Counted from the first letter of the whole stretch, positions 25,819-39,839 are shown. The stretch is DNA of 63,193 nt, filler included, from Neoconidiobolus thromboides FSU 785 (GCA_025603075.1; 6 parts of 6 records of this genome joined end to end with filler, not necessarily neighbours in it); one strand, 5' to 3'. A program made the numbers and translations. Notes: generated by a model from the letters alone, not told the origin.

Positions 25819-26102
25819 ATATACCGAGCACATATATTATATAAATCTATTTTGTTATATTTTTAAAATTACTTAGTATATATTTTTTTAAATATTAACT
25901 TGGCTATTGCTATTAATAATTATGTCAATTTTTACTTATATTAAATTTAACTTATATTTGTTGAAAAAATATATTAAATCTGCAATTAGTAATAATACTA
26001 TTTACTGTCTTTTATTTACTATTTTCTTTAAAGCATTAATTTTATACATTGGTTGATTAAGTTTGTTATTAATAATAAATTTTGATATCTAATTAAATAT
26101 AT

Positions 26103-26201
26103 GGGGATGTATTTTTACGTTTAAGAATTTTACTAATAAATTTTCCGCTCAAATAGCGCTTAAAAGGTGGAAAAAGTAATGAAATGAAAAAAATCATCCC
26201 C
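26103..26201 (+). mobile_element. MITE copy H (perfect 7-bp TIR)
   Basis: ATAT-GGGGATG...CATCCCC-ATAT. Confidence 0.9.
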
Positions 26202-26205
26202 ATAT

Positions 26206-26306
26206 AGTGATGTGTTTTTTGTTTAGTAATTTTACTATTAATCTTTCATCCCAAATTGTACTTAAAAAACGGAAAAAATAAAGAAACCAAAAAAAACACC
26301 TTCTTC
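26206..26306 (+). mobile_element. MITE copy I, tandem to H
   Basis: Degenerate core; shares the ATAT at 26202-26205 with copy H; ATAT at 26307-26310. Confidence 0.75.
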
Positions 26307-26433
26307 ATATGTAAGGTTGTACTTACTAAACAAAAAATAAGAGATAAAAAACAACTCATAATAATAACAAAATCATTTATTCACATAGAAAACTAACAAG
26401 AGCCATAACGATTTAATTTGATAAAAACAGAGC

Positions 26434-26533
26434 NNNNNNNNNNNNNNNNNNNNNNNNNNNNNNNNNNNNNNNNNNNNTTAATTAATTAANNNNNNNNNNN
26501 NNNNNNNNNNNNNNNNNNNNNNNNNNNNNNNNN
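26434..26533. other. Artificial contig-join spacer
   Basis: Exactly 100 bp: N-run, TTAATTAATTAA (stops in all six frames), N-run. Confidence 0.97.
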
Positions 26534-26987
26534 CGCTTTCTCAGCTCTATAATTGATTATAACATAATAGTCACTTAAGTCGTTGTGTTCTCGAGTTCGG
26601 AGACAATCAATCCCAAGTCTTATTTTGATTTGCTATGAGAATTTCTATCATGTGATTACGAAGGACATTATCTTTCCGCTTTGATATCCATACTTGTTGA
26701 AGTATAGAAGAGATTTTAGAACATAATAACTTGAGTCTTTTTGATTGGATTATTCCCTGATATCTCGTAGATTTAATAAAGCCACTAAACCTTTCTGATA
26801 ATGTTTCACGTAGATTTTACAGTAGTATTGTCTATTCTACTTGTCTTACATAGTCTGTAGCATATTACGTGCTGTTCTTCATAATTCAAGTCTATCTTAG
26901 TCATATAAACTAATATCTTTCGACTTACAGCTAGTCAACCAACTAATAACTGCTTTTGACTCCAAACCCTGAGTACCAGATTTCACA
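26534..26987 (-). mobile_element. Solo-LTR-like element, truncated by the gap
   Basis: Reverse complement starts TGTGAAATCTGGTACTCAG and aligns to 25305-25784. Confidence 0.75.
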
Positions 26988-27019
26988 TAGTCAAAGAGTA
27001 AATAATTTTAATAATAATT

Positions 27020-27294
27020 AAAAATTATCATTATATTGTTCGTATTACATAAGAATGGTTAATTATGATTTTAAAACTAACTATTTCTTTTTATGCAGCT
27101 ATTTATCAACCTGGTAATATATTAATAATGTAATTATAACATTGAAGTAATTCATTTACTTAGTAACGGATCTGTAACATTGGCTATAAAGCAGTCAATA
27201 ATAAATGTTTTTTAATAAAGTTTTATAAAAATATTTATTTAGTTACATATTATAATTTTGATTAATATTAATATATAGGTTATATTAATAAAAC
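27020..27294. repeat. ~275-bp dispersed repeat, copy 1
   Basis: Colinear with 55478-55751 (shared TATGCAGCTATTTAT, TTGGCTATAAA, GTCAATAATAAAT, TATAATTTTGATTAATAT, ATATATAGGTTATATTA). Confidence 0.7.
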
Positions 27295-27308
27295 TTTTAC
27301 TTATATAT

Positions 27309-27400
27309 TGGAGTGTTTCTTTGACTTCGTCACTTTTTCCATCTTTTAAGCACTGTTTGAGTGGAAAAATTGCAAAATTCCTATACAAAAATATACCCAC
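27309..27400 (-). mobile_element. MITE copy J
   Basis: Conserved core; ATAT/ATAT flanks. Confidence 0.8.
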
Positions 27401-27642
27401 ATATCAGTTTTTGTAGTTTTAAAATCTCATGTATCTAAAAAATGCTGATAAATTTATTAATAAAAGAGCCAAAATTGAATTTTTATTTTTAATATTAGAC
27501 TATTATATTTTTTATTTTTTATTTTTTACTTTCAATTGAAATATTTAAATATAGAACTTACAAACTATATTATATAATTTTAGCTCTTAAAAAACTAAAA
27601 TTTTTGATTTTATAATAGAAGTAAGAAATATATTTTATATAT

Positions 27643-27733
27643 GGTGATGTTTTTGTGTAGGGATCTTACTAACAATTTTTCTGCTCAAATGGCGCTTAAA
27701 AGATGGAAAAAGTGATGAAGCCAAAAAAACCCT
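27643..27733 (+). mobile_element. MITE copy K
   Basis: GGTGATG...; core CTCAAATGGCGCTTAAAAGATGGAAAAA; ATAT/ATAT flanks. Confidence 0.8.
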
Positions 27734-28290
27734 ATATTAGACTATTGTAATTAAAAAACATCCCAAGTATCATTACTCTATAAAAGTATTCAAATTTAAA
27801 ATTTTAACTTTAAAGCTAAAATGAAACATCAAATATTTATAATTTTTTATATTACAGTTTATGTTTTTATAAATAAAAGATGCTTTACCATATAATTTAT
27901 TTAATTATAAAGTTATAGCAATGTTACAATTTTGTTTACTTTATGAACTTAAAATCATAATGAAACGTTCTAGTAAGATTCTCGTATATATAAAATTCTA
28001 GTTATGTTAATATCAATCATAGTTTTATGAAACAATTACATTTTCGATTGGTAATATTCTCAATAGACTTTATCATTGTTTTACTAGAATTGTTATACCA
28101 TATATTTAATAATACTATTTTTAAACATTAAAATAATAAATATTCATTTGACTTGATTTTCCCTAATTAACCAATAATTTCAAAAGCAACACTAAATTAA
28201 CAAACTAAGATGAATTTGGGATATTCTTTGAAAGAGAGAATAATAAAATAGGTCTTTCTTTTCTAGTTCATATTAAAGAGCCTAGTAACA

Positions 28291-28734
28291 ATGGTAATAC
28301 ATCCATCCTTTAATCAAATAACAAAGCAATCGATAAAACGATAGAAAAATAATGTTAGACGATATGTTAAAATTTCTTTGCTCATTTTCAAATTATTTCA
28401 AGTGCTAAATTAACATATAAAAAGCCTAAGCAGGTTAGTGACATTAAACAATTCCTTGAAATTGCCCGTCGTGCCGACGCCAAATGTAAGTGGTTTAAAG
28501 AAGTTTATGAGAAATAGTTATTAATTTTTACCAAAGCCGCTCGTGTTAAGAAGAATGGAAAACAAATTAAATTTAAGGTCCGTTGTTCTAAATACCTTTA
28601 CACCCTTGTTGTAAATGACGCTACCAAAGCTGAAAAGCTTAAGCAATCCCTTCCTCCAAGTAAGCTTAAAATTGTTTTCAATCTATTTTTTATAACTCCT
28701 TTTAGATCTTGAAGTCACTACCGTTAAGAACTAA
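28291..28734 (+). CDS. RPL38: 60S ribosomal protein L38 (4 exons; exon 1 is the ATG alone)
   Basis: Spliced product [71 protein letters not shown]; GT-AG introns; missed by the ORF track. Confidence 0.95.
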
Positions 28735-29666
28735 GTGTTCCTAAAATTGGCTAAATAAATTAAATTAATTTATAAAGATTGAACTATAAAAGTGGATTAA
28801 AGTTACTAATTATCGTTATTAAAAAATCAGTTTACATATTAAGAAATTTGAAGCTATTTTATAGAGATTATTCTGACCAAAATATTATTGGGATAGATCA
28901 ATTTGGATAGGATTGTAGATATTTAGGTTTTGAAACTCATAATTTTTTATTACAAGTTTATGGAGCTAAGATTTAATTATAACATTAAGAAAATATTATA
29001 AAAAGGTGAGAGTACATTTGTTTAAATTAAGGTAGTTTAGTAGCTTAAACTCACCCATTAAATAGATTATACACTTGTTTCGGTTTTATCAATAAATTAT
29101 AATACTTTTTTTTAGCTATTTCAATAACGATTTGATGACATTACACACATATATTGAGGTCGAAAACTACAATAGCAATGAATGGTATTGGATATCTATA
29201 ATACTTTAAAGTTTAGTTTTGAATTTGCTAATAGAGTTTTATCACTCAAAAGTATGAAAAAGCTATCTAATAATAGATTAATTATATTTTAATAAACTCT
29301 AGCTATACTTGGCATTAAGGTTTTATCTGTAAAGTTATGTTTCGTTAATAAAAACATGTATTTTTATCTTTCATCTAAATCTATGCTTTCTTTATTTCTT
29401 TATTTTGATAAAAGTACTTTAATATCTTAAGATTATCGAGATTTCTAGTTTTTTAATATATTTTATAGTAAAACTAATATCCTTTGTCTTACTAACATGT
29501 ACAAACTTGGAATTTTAATTATTTAATATTATAGTTTTAGTATTTTAAAGATTTATAAATCCATAAAGTTGAATTCGGCTATTTAAATTTTATAGTCCAA
29601 TCAAAAAGAATAATAGTTCAAATTCACAGATTCACAGGAGGATCTCAATCAACTTTTCTTTTAAAA

Positions 29667-30964
29667 ATGAATAAAGATATAAAAGTAATAATCGTATTAA
29701 ATAAAGTAGTAAAAATGATGTTAACAAACAAGAAAAGATTCCGGATTTATATGCACCAAAAGCGATTGCGTCATGTATAAAATTTAGTCCAAAAGATAAT
29801 AGATTAGCCATTGGAGCCTTTGATAAATCAGTAATAATAGCTTCATTTTAATCAAGTTGAATTTCTAACTTTTACAAGCTTACATTATTAGAAGTGTCTG
29901 AAGATGGTCAAGAGTTTAATAAAATTGCCAATTTTTATCATACAAGGTCGCCTATGTGCCTCGATTGGAGTCCTGTAATAGTCTATACTATAGAAAAAAT
30001 AAATATTTGACTTTTGTTTTAGGACGGCTCAAAATTAGCAGTTGGGGATGCTAGTGGAGCGCTTAAAATCTATGATATAGGCTCAGGATCCGTGATAGAA
30101 ATTCAAGCTCATCAAGATATAATCAAAGGCATTGGATGGGTCTCGGAGATGGAGCCTTTGGTTGTTACGGCATCGTTTGATAAAACATTGAAAGTAAGGA
30201 GACAAAGTTCATCTTAAATAGTAATTAATGAGCTAAATTTTAGTATTGGAATATCTTGAGCAAAGAATGTTTAAAAACAATGCAATTAAAAGGAGAGTGT
30301 TTTACGTTAAGTGTCAAGTTTCCACTGATGGTTGTTGGTATGTCCGATAGACATATAGCAATCTTTGACCTAAATAAACCGTTTGAAATTTATAGGGTAA
30401 GAAAGAATATTTATATTTATTAAAAAATTAATTTATTATTAGGAAACTTATTGTACATTAAAATTTCAAATAAGGGATATAGTATGCTATGATGACCCAT
30501 ATTATGGATTCTACACTAGCACATTGGAAGGCAGAGTGGGTTCATCCCCAATCCATCCAAAATTTATGGATAAAAGATCTACATTTAAGTGCCATTATAA
30601 AGGGAAAAAACCATGTTCGGTAAATGCAGTAGCAGTACATAAAGAAGACCAATCTTTGATTGTAACAGCAGGAAATAACAACTCATTTATTTTCTGGAAT
30701 ATTAAAGAAAGACAGCGAATTAATACTTATGATAATTTGCCGAATTCAGTGTTCGCATTAAGTTTTAATCCCAATTGTAAACTGCTTGTCTATGCAGTAG
30801 GACCAGATTTTACTGAAGTAAGTGCCATTGGTTTTAAGCTAGTATAATAAATAAGTATATATCTAATCATTATTTAGAAAGAAGAGATAAGAAATTTCAG
30901 TGAAAAACAAGGATTCGGAATTTACATTCATAAGGTTACACAAAAGGACATTAAGATGAGTTGA
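29667..30964 (+). CDS. Divergent Rae1/Gle2 (Rae1-Bub3 family) WD40 protein, ~7 exons
   Basis: Spliced reading: IKFSPKDNRLAIGAFDKS, LVVTASFDKTLKYW, FPLMVVGMSDRHIAIFDLNKP, LKFQIR, STLEGRV, TFKCH, NSVFALSFNPNCKLLVYAV. Confidence 0.85.
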
Positions 30965-31426
30965 TGTTAGATATATAGTAGGAGTTTAAATTAATAGATT
31001 GCTTATATCTTGTTTAAAAAATGAAATGAATAACATAAAATTTGCCTTTTTTAACTGCTTTGTTGAAGTTTTTTTTCCAGATTATTCTATTGTAAATTAA
31101 TAAGATTTATTGTTTAGCTTGAATTATATAACTTTTTAGCTGTCTATGGGGGATATTCTAATTTCAAATATCTATCTAGAACCTTGCTTTTTTTAGTAGT
31201 ATATCATTTAGAGTCATAAGAAATGTATATATGGATTTATAACGGATAGCTTTTTTAATAAGCGCACTTCATAAAATGTTCTTTTCTAAAACTTGTTCCA
31301 ATAATCTCAAAACCAAAAATATAAACTAAACCACATTAAGGATAACCTTCATTTATTAGTGTTAATAGAATATAGTGATAAAAACTCAATTAGATTTAGT
31401 AATAAATATCAAAAACAAAAACAAAC

Positions 31427-34400
31427 TTAGCTATTACGCTCATCCTCATCTGAAAAAGCAATTATGTGCTCTTTAATTGGCAAACCAGTTTCTCCCACTA
31501 GTCCTGCAATATTATGCCCCAATAACTCCATATCCTCAAATAATCGTAGTAGCCCTGCCACATACGTATAAAAATAGATATGATTAAATTCTTCATGTAA
31601 ATTCTTCTGATAAAAGCCGAGGGTGGTATTTGACTCTAAACGAGACCCAGTAATTCCACTCCTAATTTCATTCTCATGTTCCAGTATTGATTGATGTAGT
31701 GGCAAACCATCGTAATTTTTGTTTTTAAACTTCTTCACTAAAGCAGACCTAATTTTCAATGTCAACTGATAATGTATAGCATGAATCGGAGGAGGATAAG
31801 GGGGCAATGGCATTTTAGAATGTAAGGCTCCAGAGAGCACATAGAAATACAAGATGATTGAAGAGACCATAAATTTACGATAAGAATTGAACGGAAAGAC
31901 TACCATTTTTTGAACATCTGGAGTGAGCTGAGATACGGCCCCAGTCATGCCAACAAGCTGATCTAGAACATCTTGCAAAATACGAATCAGTTCTGAATAG
32001 ACAGGGGCCTCAAAGGGACCTTTAAGTCTAGGCTCATTCAAAGCAAATAAATGTAAATCTTTGGCTAAAAGTACACGTTTTTGTAACTTCCGATTAAATA
32101 GACTAATTTGCGATTGTAATTTTTTTGATTCAGAAGTAGTATCTGAAGACATACATAACGTTGCTACTTTACCAAAACTCATACCCATATCAGCTAATAA
32201 AGAAGCAATTAATTTTCTCACCTCTCTTCTAGCCACGAATGGCCAAATGGTTGAACTGACAGCCATGGATACAATTAATCCAGCTACAACGCTTGCTAAA
32301 CGAAGAGAAGCAGTTATTAAAATATCGTTGTTTGAATCATGGTGATACCCCGCAAATAAAATAGCGACATATGCAATCAATCCATTGAATCCAACTTTAG
32401 CATAACTTGTAGTAACCAGACAATACCAATTTGGAACTAAATAAATCCAAATCATAACAATAAGTAAATAAATATTCTTTGTGTTGTCACTTGCTAAGAA
32501 GGTCAGATAACCCCAAATTGCACCTATAATCGTACCGATCAAACGAGTTACACCTAGTTTTAAGGTGCCTCCAACAGTTTGGTTCATAATTAGCATGGCT
32601 GAAATAGCACCCCATATACCTCGGATTGATATATAATACGGCGAAAATCTTGGTATATAAGCTGGAAACGTAAATAGACCTGTCACTAAAACTAATTTGA
32701 ATGCAAATTTAACTTCAAAAGTATTCAGCAATTCCATTGTCTCCCAGAGGTTAGATCGAATGCTAGTAATTAATTTTTGAGATTTACTGGGTTCAGAATC
32801 ACTTTTAAGACCATTTCTTGTATAATATTCTGACTTAGACCAAGATTGAGCTGGTAATGCTATAGGGTCATTTTTATTCCTTTGAATTTCGGCTTCTATT
32901 TTTTAATTAGTTGGTTTTAAAGTAATAAAAATAGCTGATTACCTCTCATGCTTTTTTCATATTCAGAATTGGCATCTTTAATGATATCATTAGCGTTAGT
33001 TTCATTAGACTCATATTGCCTAGGATCTCCTGATAACCTATATCCCTTTAACCATTTTACCCATGTAATGTTTGGTCTCCACAATCTTTTTTGTTTTGAT
33101 AAAGTGGGTAGGCCAGAGTTCAAAAATCCAGATTGTTTACTTATATATGGTCTTAACGATAAAAAGATTTCTTCTTCTTTCAAAAAGTCAATAATGCATT
33201 TGGAAAACTCTCGAATAGAAAAGATGCCTGAAAACACAACAAGCATGGGTTCTGGAAAAGGGGAATGTAAATGAGGTGCAACCAACAATTCCTTATGAAT
33301 TAATTTAAGACACCTTCCTTCTGCAAGTTCAAATTCCAAGATTGCCTCTTTTAATTTTACAATCATATCGTTTAAATCTTCCGGTCTACTATTCTTTCCG
33401 CCCTGGATATTATGTGGACATTCTCCTTCTGAAAACTCGTTTAAAGCTTCACAATCACAACAATGCTTCGGCTTTTTTTCCTTTTCTGATTTTACTTCAT
33501 TTTCATTAACCAATAGTTCTTTTGCTAATTTAATGGCTTCAGAGCATGCCTCACTCATTTTAACTAAAGGTGCACTTACAATATGCAGTATATCGTGGAT
33601 CAAATCCCTTGTCAATACTGGATCAATCTCAGGTGGCATAGACATAATATCACCATCTAAATTACTTAAACTAAGAACAGATGGAGATGGAGATAATGAA
33701 AATGCTTTTAGCTCCGTGCTTGAGTTATTCCTTGTAGTTGCCGGGCTAATGTCCTCATTATCTGTTTTCCTTAAACTAAGTAGCTGTCTTTGCCTTTTAA
33801 CAGCTAAATTAAGACCACCTAAATGTTGCTGTAATAAAAGAGAAAGATTGATTAAAGCTTTATAATCGTCTGGAGGATGGATGGAATAAGTACATTCATA
33901 TCTTGCTTCCCTACCAGCTTTAACTAGAGCAGAAACAGTAGTGATTAAATGCGAATGAAGCCCTTCCAAATCATGAGGCATTGTACTTAAAGTATCAGGC
34001 TTTAAAAGAAAACAGTTTGAAAGTAAGTTTAAATTTGAATGAAGTGACTCTAAAGTAAGATCAAGCGAATCCTTAAGATTCCGAGAGGCTGATTCAGGCC
34101 ATAAAGCAGCATTAACGAGGGTGCTGATACCTGTACCCACAATCGATGGCAATACAACCAAACCAAAAGCGCCAAGCGTAAAAGTATCTACTCCAAATGG
34201 TACTTCAGTAAGACTAATTAATATGACAATATTGTTTAAAGTGAGAGGTACGCTTAATTTTGGAAATTTAGTTTTAATATAACCAGATACAAATAAATAA
34301 GCATAAAGAAATAAGGCTAATATAAAGGATCCATCTAGTACCACATTACCTTCATTATCGCTAACTACGTAGCTCTTATTAAATAGAATATAAAAACCAA

Positions 34401-35297
34401 ACGCTATCATATAAACCAGAGCCCCTATCAAGTAACATACGCATGCCAATAGTGCAGTTTCTAACTGTCCGCCTACAGTCCTACACGAGTCAAAAATAAT
34501 GGTAGAAATAGTCGATATATAGACAACTGGACCTAGAGCCTCTCGAGCCGGAGTAATGATAACTAATAAATTAGTTAAAAAGAAAGCAATCGATGACTTT
34601 ACAATTCTTTTAAATAGTACCGGGTTTACTGAACGTCTCCCCTTTTTTAAAAATTGTAACATCCTTCTTATCCACGTGTTTTCTGAGTCTGTTAATGATG
34701 GAGGATTGTTTTTATTTGGTGATTTTGCTATAGCTGGTAATGGCATTTCAAAATTTGTTATTACTGTTTGAGTGGTCATTTGGTTTCTCTCTTTATTATT
34801 TTGATCCATTTCTTGATTGTTAAGGTTCTGTTCACTTGCTGTCGAAGTTGTTATCGTGGGTGTACTATTGATAATACTACCAGCTGTTTTTACAGGATGG
34901 CTTTTTTTATTTCCTATGGCAAATAAGTCTTGAGATGAGGTTGTGCTAGACTCAAGGCCCTTCTTTTCTATGTTTTTTAAGTTTAACCCATAAATATTAT
35001 TAGAAGCTTTTGGAAGCGCTTTTGAAGTTTCTCTAAAAGGAACAACTATAAGTCAAAGATTTTTATATTACATGATTTATTAAGCACATGAACTGCTACT
35101 ATCCATTTATCTTGGATTTGTTACCTTTCACTTTCTTTATGTGGAATACTATTATTTAACGTAGAATCTAAAGAAGTTTTTCGCAACCTAAAATTGTATG
35201 GTGAACCTGGTAATGAGTGGGCTATTGAATCCACCCCAACTTTACTGAGTTTTAATCTTGAAAATGGCGAACTTGATATCGGGGATTCCTTACTCAT
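31427..35297 (-). CDS. FUSC/ALMT (aromatic acid exporter)-family multi-pass membrane protein, BRE4-like architecture
   Basis: Two long exons (32917-34809+, 31427-32737+) with TM clusters: FKRIVKSSIAF, QTVGGTLKLGVTRLIGTIIGAIWG, IWPFVARREVR, FNEPRLKGPF. Probable start MSKESP at 35297; introns at ~35120-35040 and ~32935-32900. Confidence 0.85.
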
Positions 35298-35783
35298 TAA
35301 AACAAATATAAAAATCAAAAAAGATCATTTTTGACCACTGCTTATAATTTATTATCAATTCTTCTTGAGTTTAAGCTGTTCTATAAACGGAAATAAGATA
35401 ATTAAATGACACTTTAGTTTTTAAGTTGAGTGATAACAAAAGTAAATGAGTAAACATTTGAAGGAGAAAAAAACTTTAACTTCAAGTTCATTTTATATTT
35501 ATTATTTTAAGGTTTTTGTGTTTATAGAAGACACATTATTAGAAACAAGATTTTTAATTTAATGAACAATTTAATTTAGTTTTAAAAAAGTACCTTTTAA
35601 AGTTGCACATAAGATCAAAGAGTTCATTGATTAATCCATGTTATGAAATCATTTGAAAATTTTAAATTAGTTATTTCCCATAGTTAGTAAAAAATTCAAA
35701 TACTGGATTTTAAGTTGAACTTAAATTGTTAACCTTTTGAATAAGATACAAATGTAAACCTTAGATATAGATTTTTAAGGTAT

Positions 35784-35871
35784 GGAGGATGTATTGTTAA
35801 TAATTTTACTAATAATTTTCTTCTCAAATTGCACTCAAAAAACGAAAAAAACGAAACCAAAAAACATCTCT
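35784..35871 (+). mobile_element. MITE copy L
   Basis: GGAGGATG...CATCTCT, flanked by GTAT/GTAT. Confidence 0.75.
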
Positions 35872-36182
35872 GTATAATAAAAATATAAAATAAACAAAAC
35901 AAAGATAGAAATAGTGATGACTTTTTAAATATAAAAAATAAATAGTATAAGTAATTAAAATAATGAAATTATAACAATTAATAAGTTGTTTTATATTACT
36001 ATGATTTCAGTATTATTATAATTAAGCTGCAAAAAACAAATGGTAGTAAATAGTTTAATTATAAATTGAAAAATTAGCTACTAGCTAATATAGATTTCTG
36101 AACCAAAAAATAGTGTGCGATAAATAATAAATTATATAAAATGCAGAAAAAATAACTTATATTAAGTTTCCAGCTTCCATAT

Positions 36183-36279
36183 GGGGATGTGTTTTTTTAT
36201 TTAAGAATTTTACTACAATCTTTCCACTCAAATAGCGCTTAAAAAATGGAAAAATAATGAAACTAAAAAAAACAGCCCC
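36183..36279 (+). mobile_element. MITE copy M (at a contig end)
   Basis: ATAT-GGGGATG...CAGCCCC-ATAT. Confidence 0.9.
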
Positions 36280-36283
36280 ATAT

Positions 36284-36383
36284 NNNNNNNNNNNNNNNNN
36301 NNNNNNNNNNNNNNNNNNNNNNNNNNNTTAATTAATTAANNNNNNNNNNNNNNNNNNNNNNNNNNNNNNNNNNNNNNNNNNNN
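36284..36383. other. Artificial contig-join spacer
   Basis: 100-bp N-TTAATTAATTAA-N. Confidence 0.97.
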
Positions 36384-37026
36384 AACAAGATTCTGTATTG
36401 ATCTTGTTAAAAAAGTAAAGAAACTTTTGAAGCAACCTTTGTTAGTTTTGTGGATTACTTTAACAATCCAAACTTACAATCAATTTAAGCTTGAATTTAA
36501 TTTCAAATTTACCAAAATAGTAGTTTTGGCCTATAAAATGGCATTGCAATTATAAAGTCAAAATTGACTTAATTTAAATTAACAAAAATTAACAAAAGTT
36601 AGCAAAAATAATATAAATTAAGGTTTATTGAAGATCATATTAATCTAGCTTTGTTATTAGTTACTTGCTAAATATAAACACAAGAATAACTCTCTTTTAT
36701 ACTTTATTTATAATACTTTATTTATAATACTTTATTTATACATTATTTTTATAATAAAAATAGCTCATTGTAAATGCTAGTGATTTATGAACCTTAATTT
36801 GAGTTATTTTGTATTTCCTTCATTTATGACTTATTAAAATACTTATTCTTTTCGTAGTAGAAATGTTTTACTATTCTATTTTTAAAATTAGACAATTGTC
36901 TCTAAATAATGAGGTATTTTGAAAATCAAAGCTGAGTTAAAACTGAAGTTGAAAGTTTGAAACTATACTTTTTTATAATATTGATACATAGTCTATATTA
37001 ATATGTACATAGCTAAAAAATACATC
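36384..37026 (+). repeat. 643-bp inverted repeat, left copy
   Basis: Matches the reverse complement of 54067-54709 wherever I compared them; includes a tandem ATAATACTTTATTT-like unit. Confidence 0.9.
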
Positions 37027-37254
37027 ATCTTTTGCAAAAAATCAAATGATGAGTATACAAAATTAATAAGCTATGATAACCCATGGTAACTTCCTATAGA
37101 AACAAATAAAAACGTAACAATATCGACACATTATAATAACTACATCACATTAATTCAAACAATACATAGCCAAAAAACTATAACCTTATAAACCATATAG
37201 AAAACACCAACACATTGAAATCTCAAAATTAAACTTCTTATATTTTCAACTTTA

Positions 37255-38632
37255 TTAAATCTTTTTAACAATTTGGACCACATCTTCATCTTTTAAAATG
37301 TGTTCTTTACCTACTTTTTGTGGATTATGTTTGACTGAACTACCCCATACTTGAGCACTAAAAAGTTGGTTAATCACTCACACAATTATTTTTAAAAATT
37401 TAGAAATTTACTGTCTAAAGCGTTCCAAAATAGCTTTATGAATAGCTAAACAAAAATCTTCAACTGAGCATTTACCGTCCCTTAATACAACAGGTTCATT
37501 ATAATCTGGTAATTTACCTTTAGGTTTTGTATATCTAAATGAGAAAATATTATTTACTTTGATATATTTATACAAAAATAAATTCTTACACCCTAACTAA
37601 ACTAAGATATTTCCACATCATAGCCAACAACTCATCAAAATTCCATTCATGATGAGCAGAGATAGGAACTGCATGTGGAATTCTGTAAATGAGATCTAAT
37701 TCCTCAATAGAAATTTGATCAATTTTATTTAACACATAGATGGCAGGTACGTAAATTCTATTTCCTTCGATGACATCAATCAAATCATCAGCAGTTGCAT
37801 CACATTTGAAAGAAACATCGGCATTATGAATCTTATATTCTGAAAGGATAGCTTTAACTTGATCCAAATCAAGATAAGATAAAGGTACTGTATTGGTCAT
37901 ATTAATCCCTCCTTTTTCCTTCTTTTTAAAGAAAATATTTGGTGGTTCTTTATTTAATCTTATACCAAAGCCTTCCAATTCTTTTTCAATAATCGCTTTA
38001 TGTGATAATGGTTTTAAGACATCCAATACTAAAAAGATTAAGGAACAGGTTCTAGCTACTGCTATAACCTGTTTACCACGACCTTTACCATCTTTAGCTC
38101 CTTCAATAATACCAGGCAAATCTAAAATCTACTTAGTTTTATCAAAACTTTGATTTTAAATATTTGATAATCGAAATTACTTGTATTTTAGCTCCTTTAT
38201 ATTGAATCACACCTAAAATAAAATGAAAAGGTTAATAATTAATTTAACATAAATATAAATTGGCTTACCAGGTACGGTTGTCAATGTTGTAAACTCATAA
38301 GCACCCACTTCAGAGTGAGTTCCTGTAAGCTTTGACATAAGTGTCGATTTACCAACAGAAGGAAAGCCAATAAAACCAACTCTAGCAACACCGGTTTTTG
38401 CTACATCAAAACCAACTAAAAAAATACAATATCAGTTTTTATTGATTTCTTTTTTCTATTGATTTTACTTACCACCAGTACCACCCCCACCGCCTGATTT
38501 TGGATCAATAAGTTCACGACGAAGCTTGGCTAATTTGGCTTTAAGCGTACCCAGATGGAAAGAAGTAGCTTTATTTTTTTGGGTTCGAGCCATCTCGAGC
38601 TCAATCTCTTTTATCTTATCTACTACCGACAT
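37255..38632 (-). CDS. RBG1: Developmentally regulated GTP-binding protein 1 (DRG1/Rbg1), multi-exon
   Basis: [77 protein letters not shown]-terminal TGS ([10 protein letters not shown]). Confidence 0.96.
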
Positions 38633-38865
38633 CTTCTATAAACTTCTATATTCAATTTATTTTTATTTATTATAAAAAAACAAAATTCAGAAAAATGTTT
38701 AAAGAAGCTCTAAGTCCAAAATAAAACTTTGTTCTGATTGGTTAAAAATGTGAAAAGAATAAAATTGAAAATATAAAAAACTCATTTTATTCAACTTTAA
38801 AAAAATTCGATTAACAAAAATAAACAACTAAAACTTTAATAAAAACTAATACAATAATTATTAAC

Positions 38866-39743
38866 TTATTCTGACTCTGAAGATGTAGATTCGTAATTCT
38901 TATTATTACTAATCGCGCTAATTACTACTTTAGGTTTTACTTCCTCTTCTTCATCACTATAATCATCGGGATCTTCTGATGTAAATTCATCCATAAAATG
39001 ACCACCACTTTTGATCTTTTTAATCTTTTTTGGACTAGGAAGAATAGGATTCGAAACAAATTCAAGATCGTCTGATATAGAATCGATATCTTCTAAAATA
39101 AGTATGTTAGTTGTTATTTAATTTTTGAATTAAATAACAATCTTTACCCAAAATTCCAACTTTCTCCTCTTTCTTGTTCTCATTTGTTTTTCCATTTCCA
39201 CTTCCACTTTCATCATTCTTTTCAATTTTACTTTCAATTTTAGTATTTTCTAAAACTTTGCCAGTCGTAGGGACAGCTGCCTGTATCTAAGTTAAAATTA
39301 AAATCAACTTTGTATCAGTAAACTGTACTCTACCTCTTGTTTTGGTAACGTCTTAACAACCTTTTTATTACTTTTATTTGATACTATAGAACTAGCTTTT
39401 GAAGAACTTGATTCCCCACTATCTGATTCAGATTCTTCATAACTTGATTCACTTGAACTAGATATATCTTTAATTTGTCTTTTGGGTGCTACTCGAGTAT
39501 TTATAGCTGCTCTACTACCAGGAGTGTTATTGTTATTGAGATTAACTTGAGGTGATTCATTGATATCAACTGAATTATTATTATTGTTCACCACCGCTTG
39601 GTTATTGTTATCACTAACTGCATTTTCATTAGCAGCATCTTTATTACTTTCTAAGTTAAAAAAATCTAGGTCATCATCATCATCAGAGCTTGATAAATCC
39701 AATTGAGCTTTAAGTGCTTCATAGCCTTCTTTAATTGAAGATA

Positions 39744-39839
<96 letters not shown>

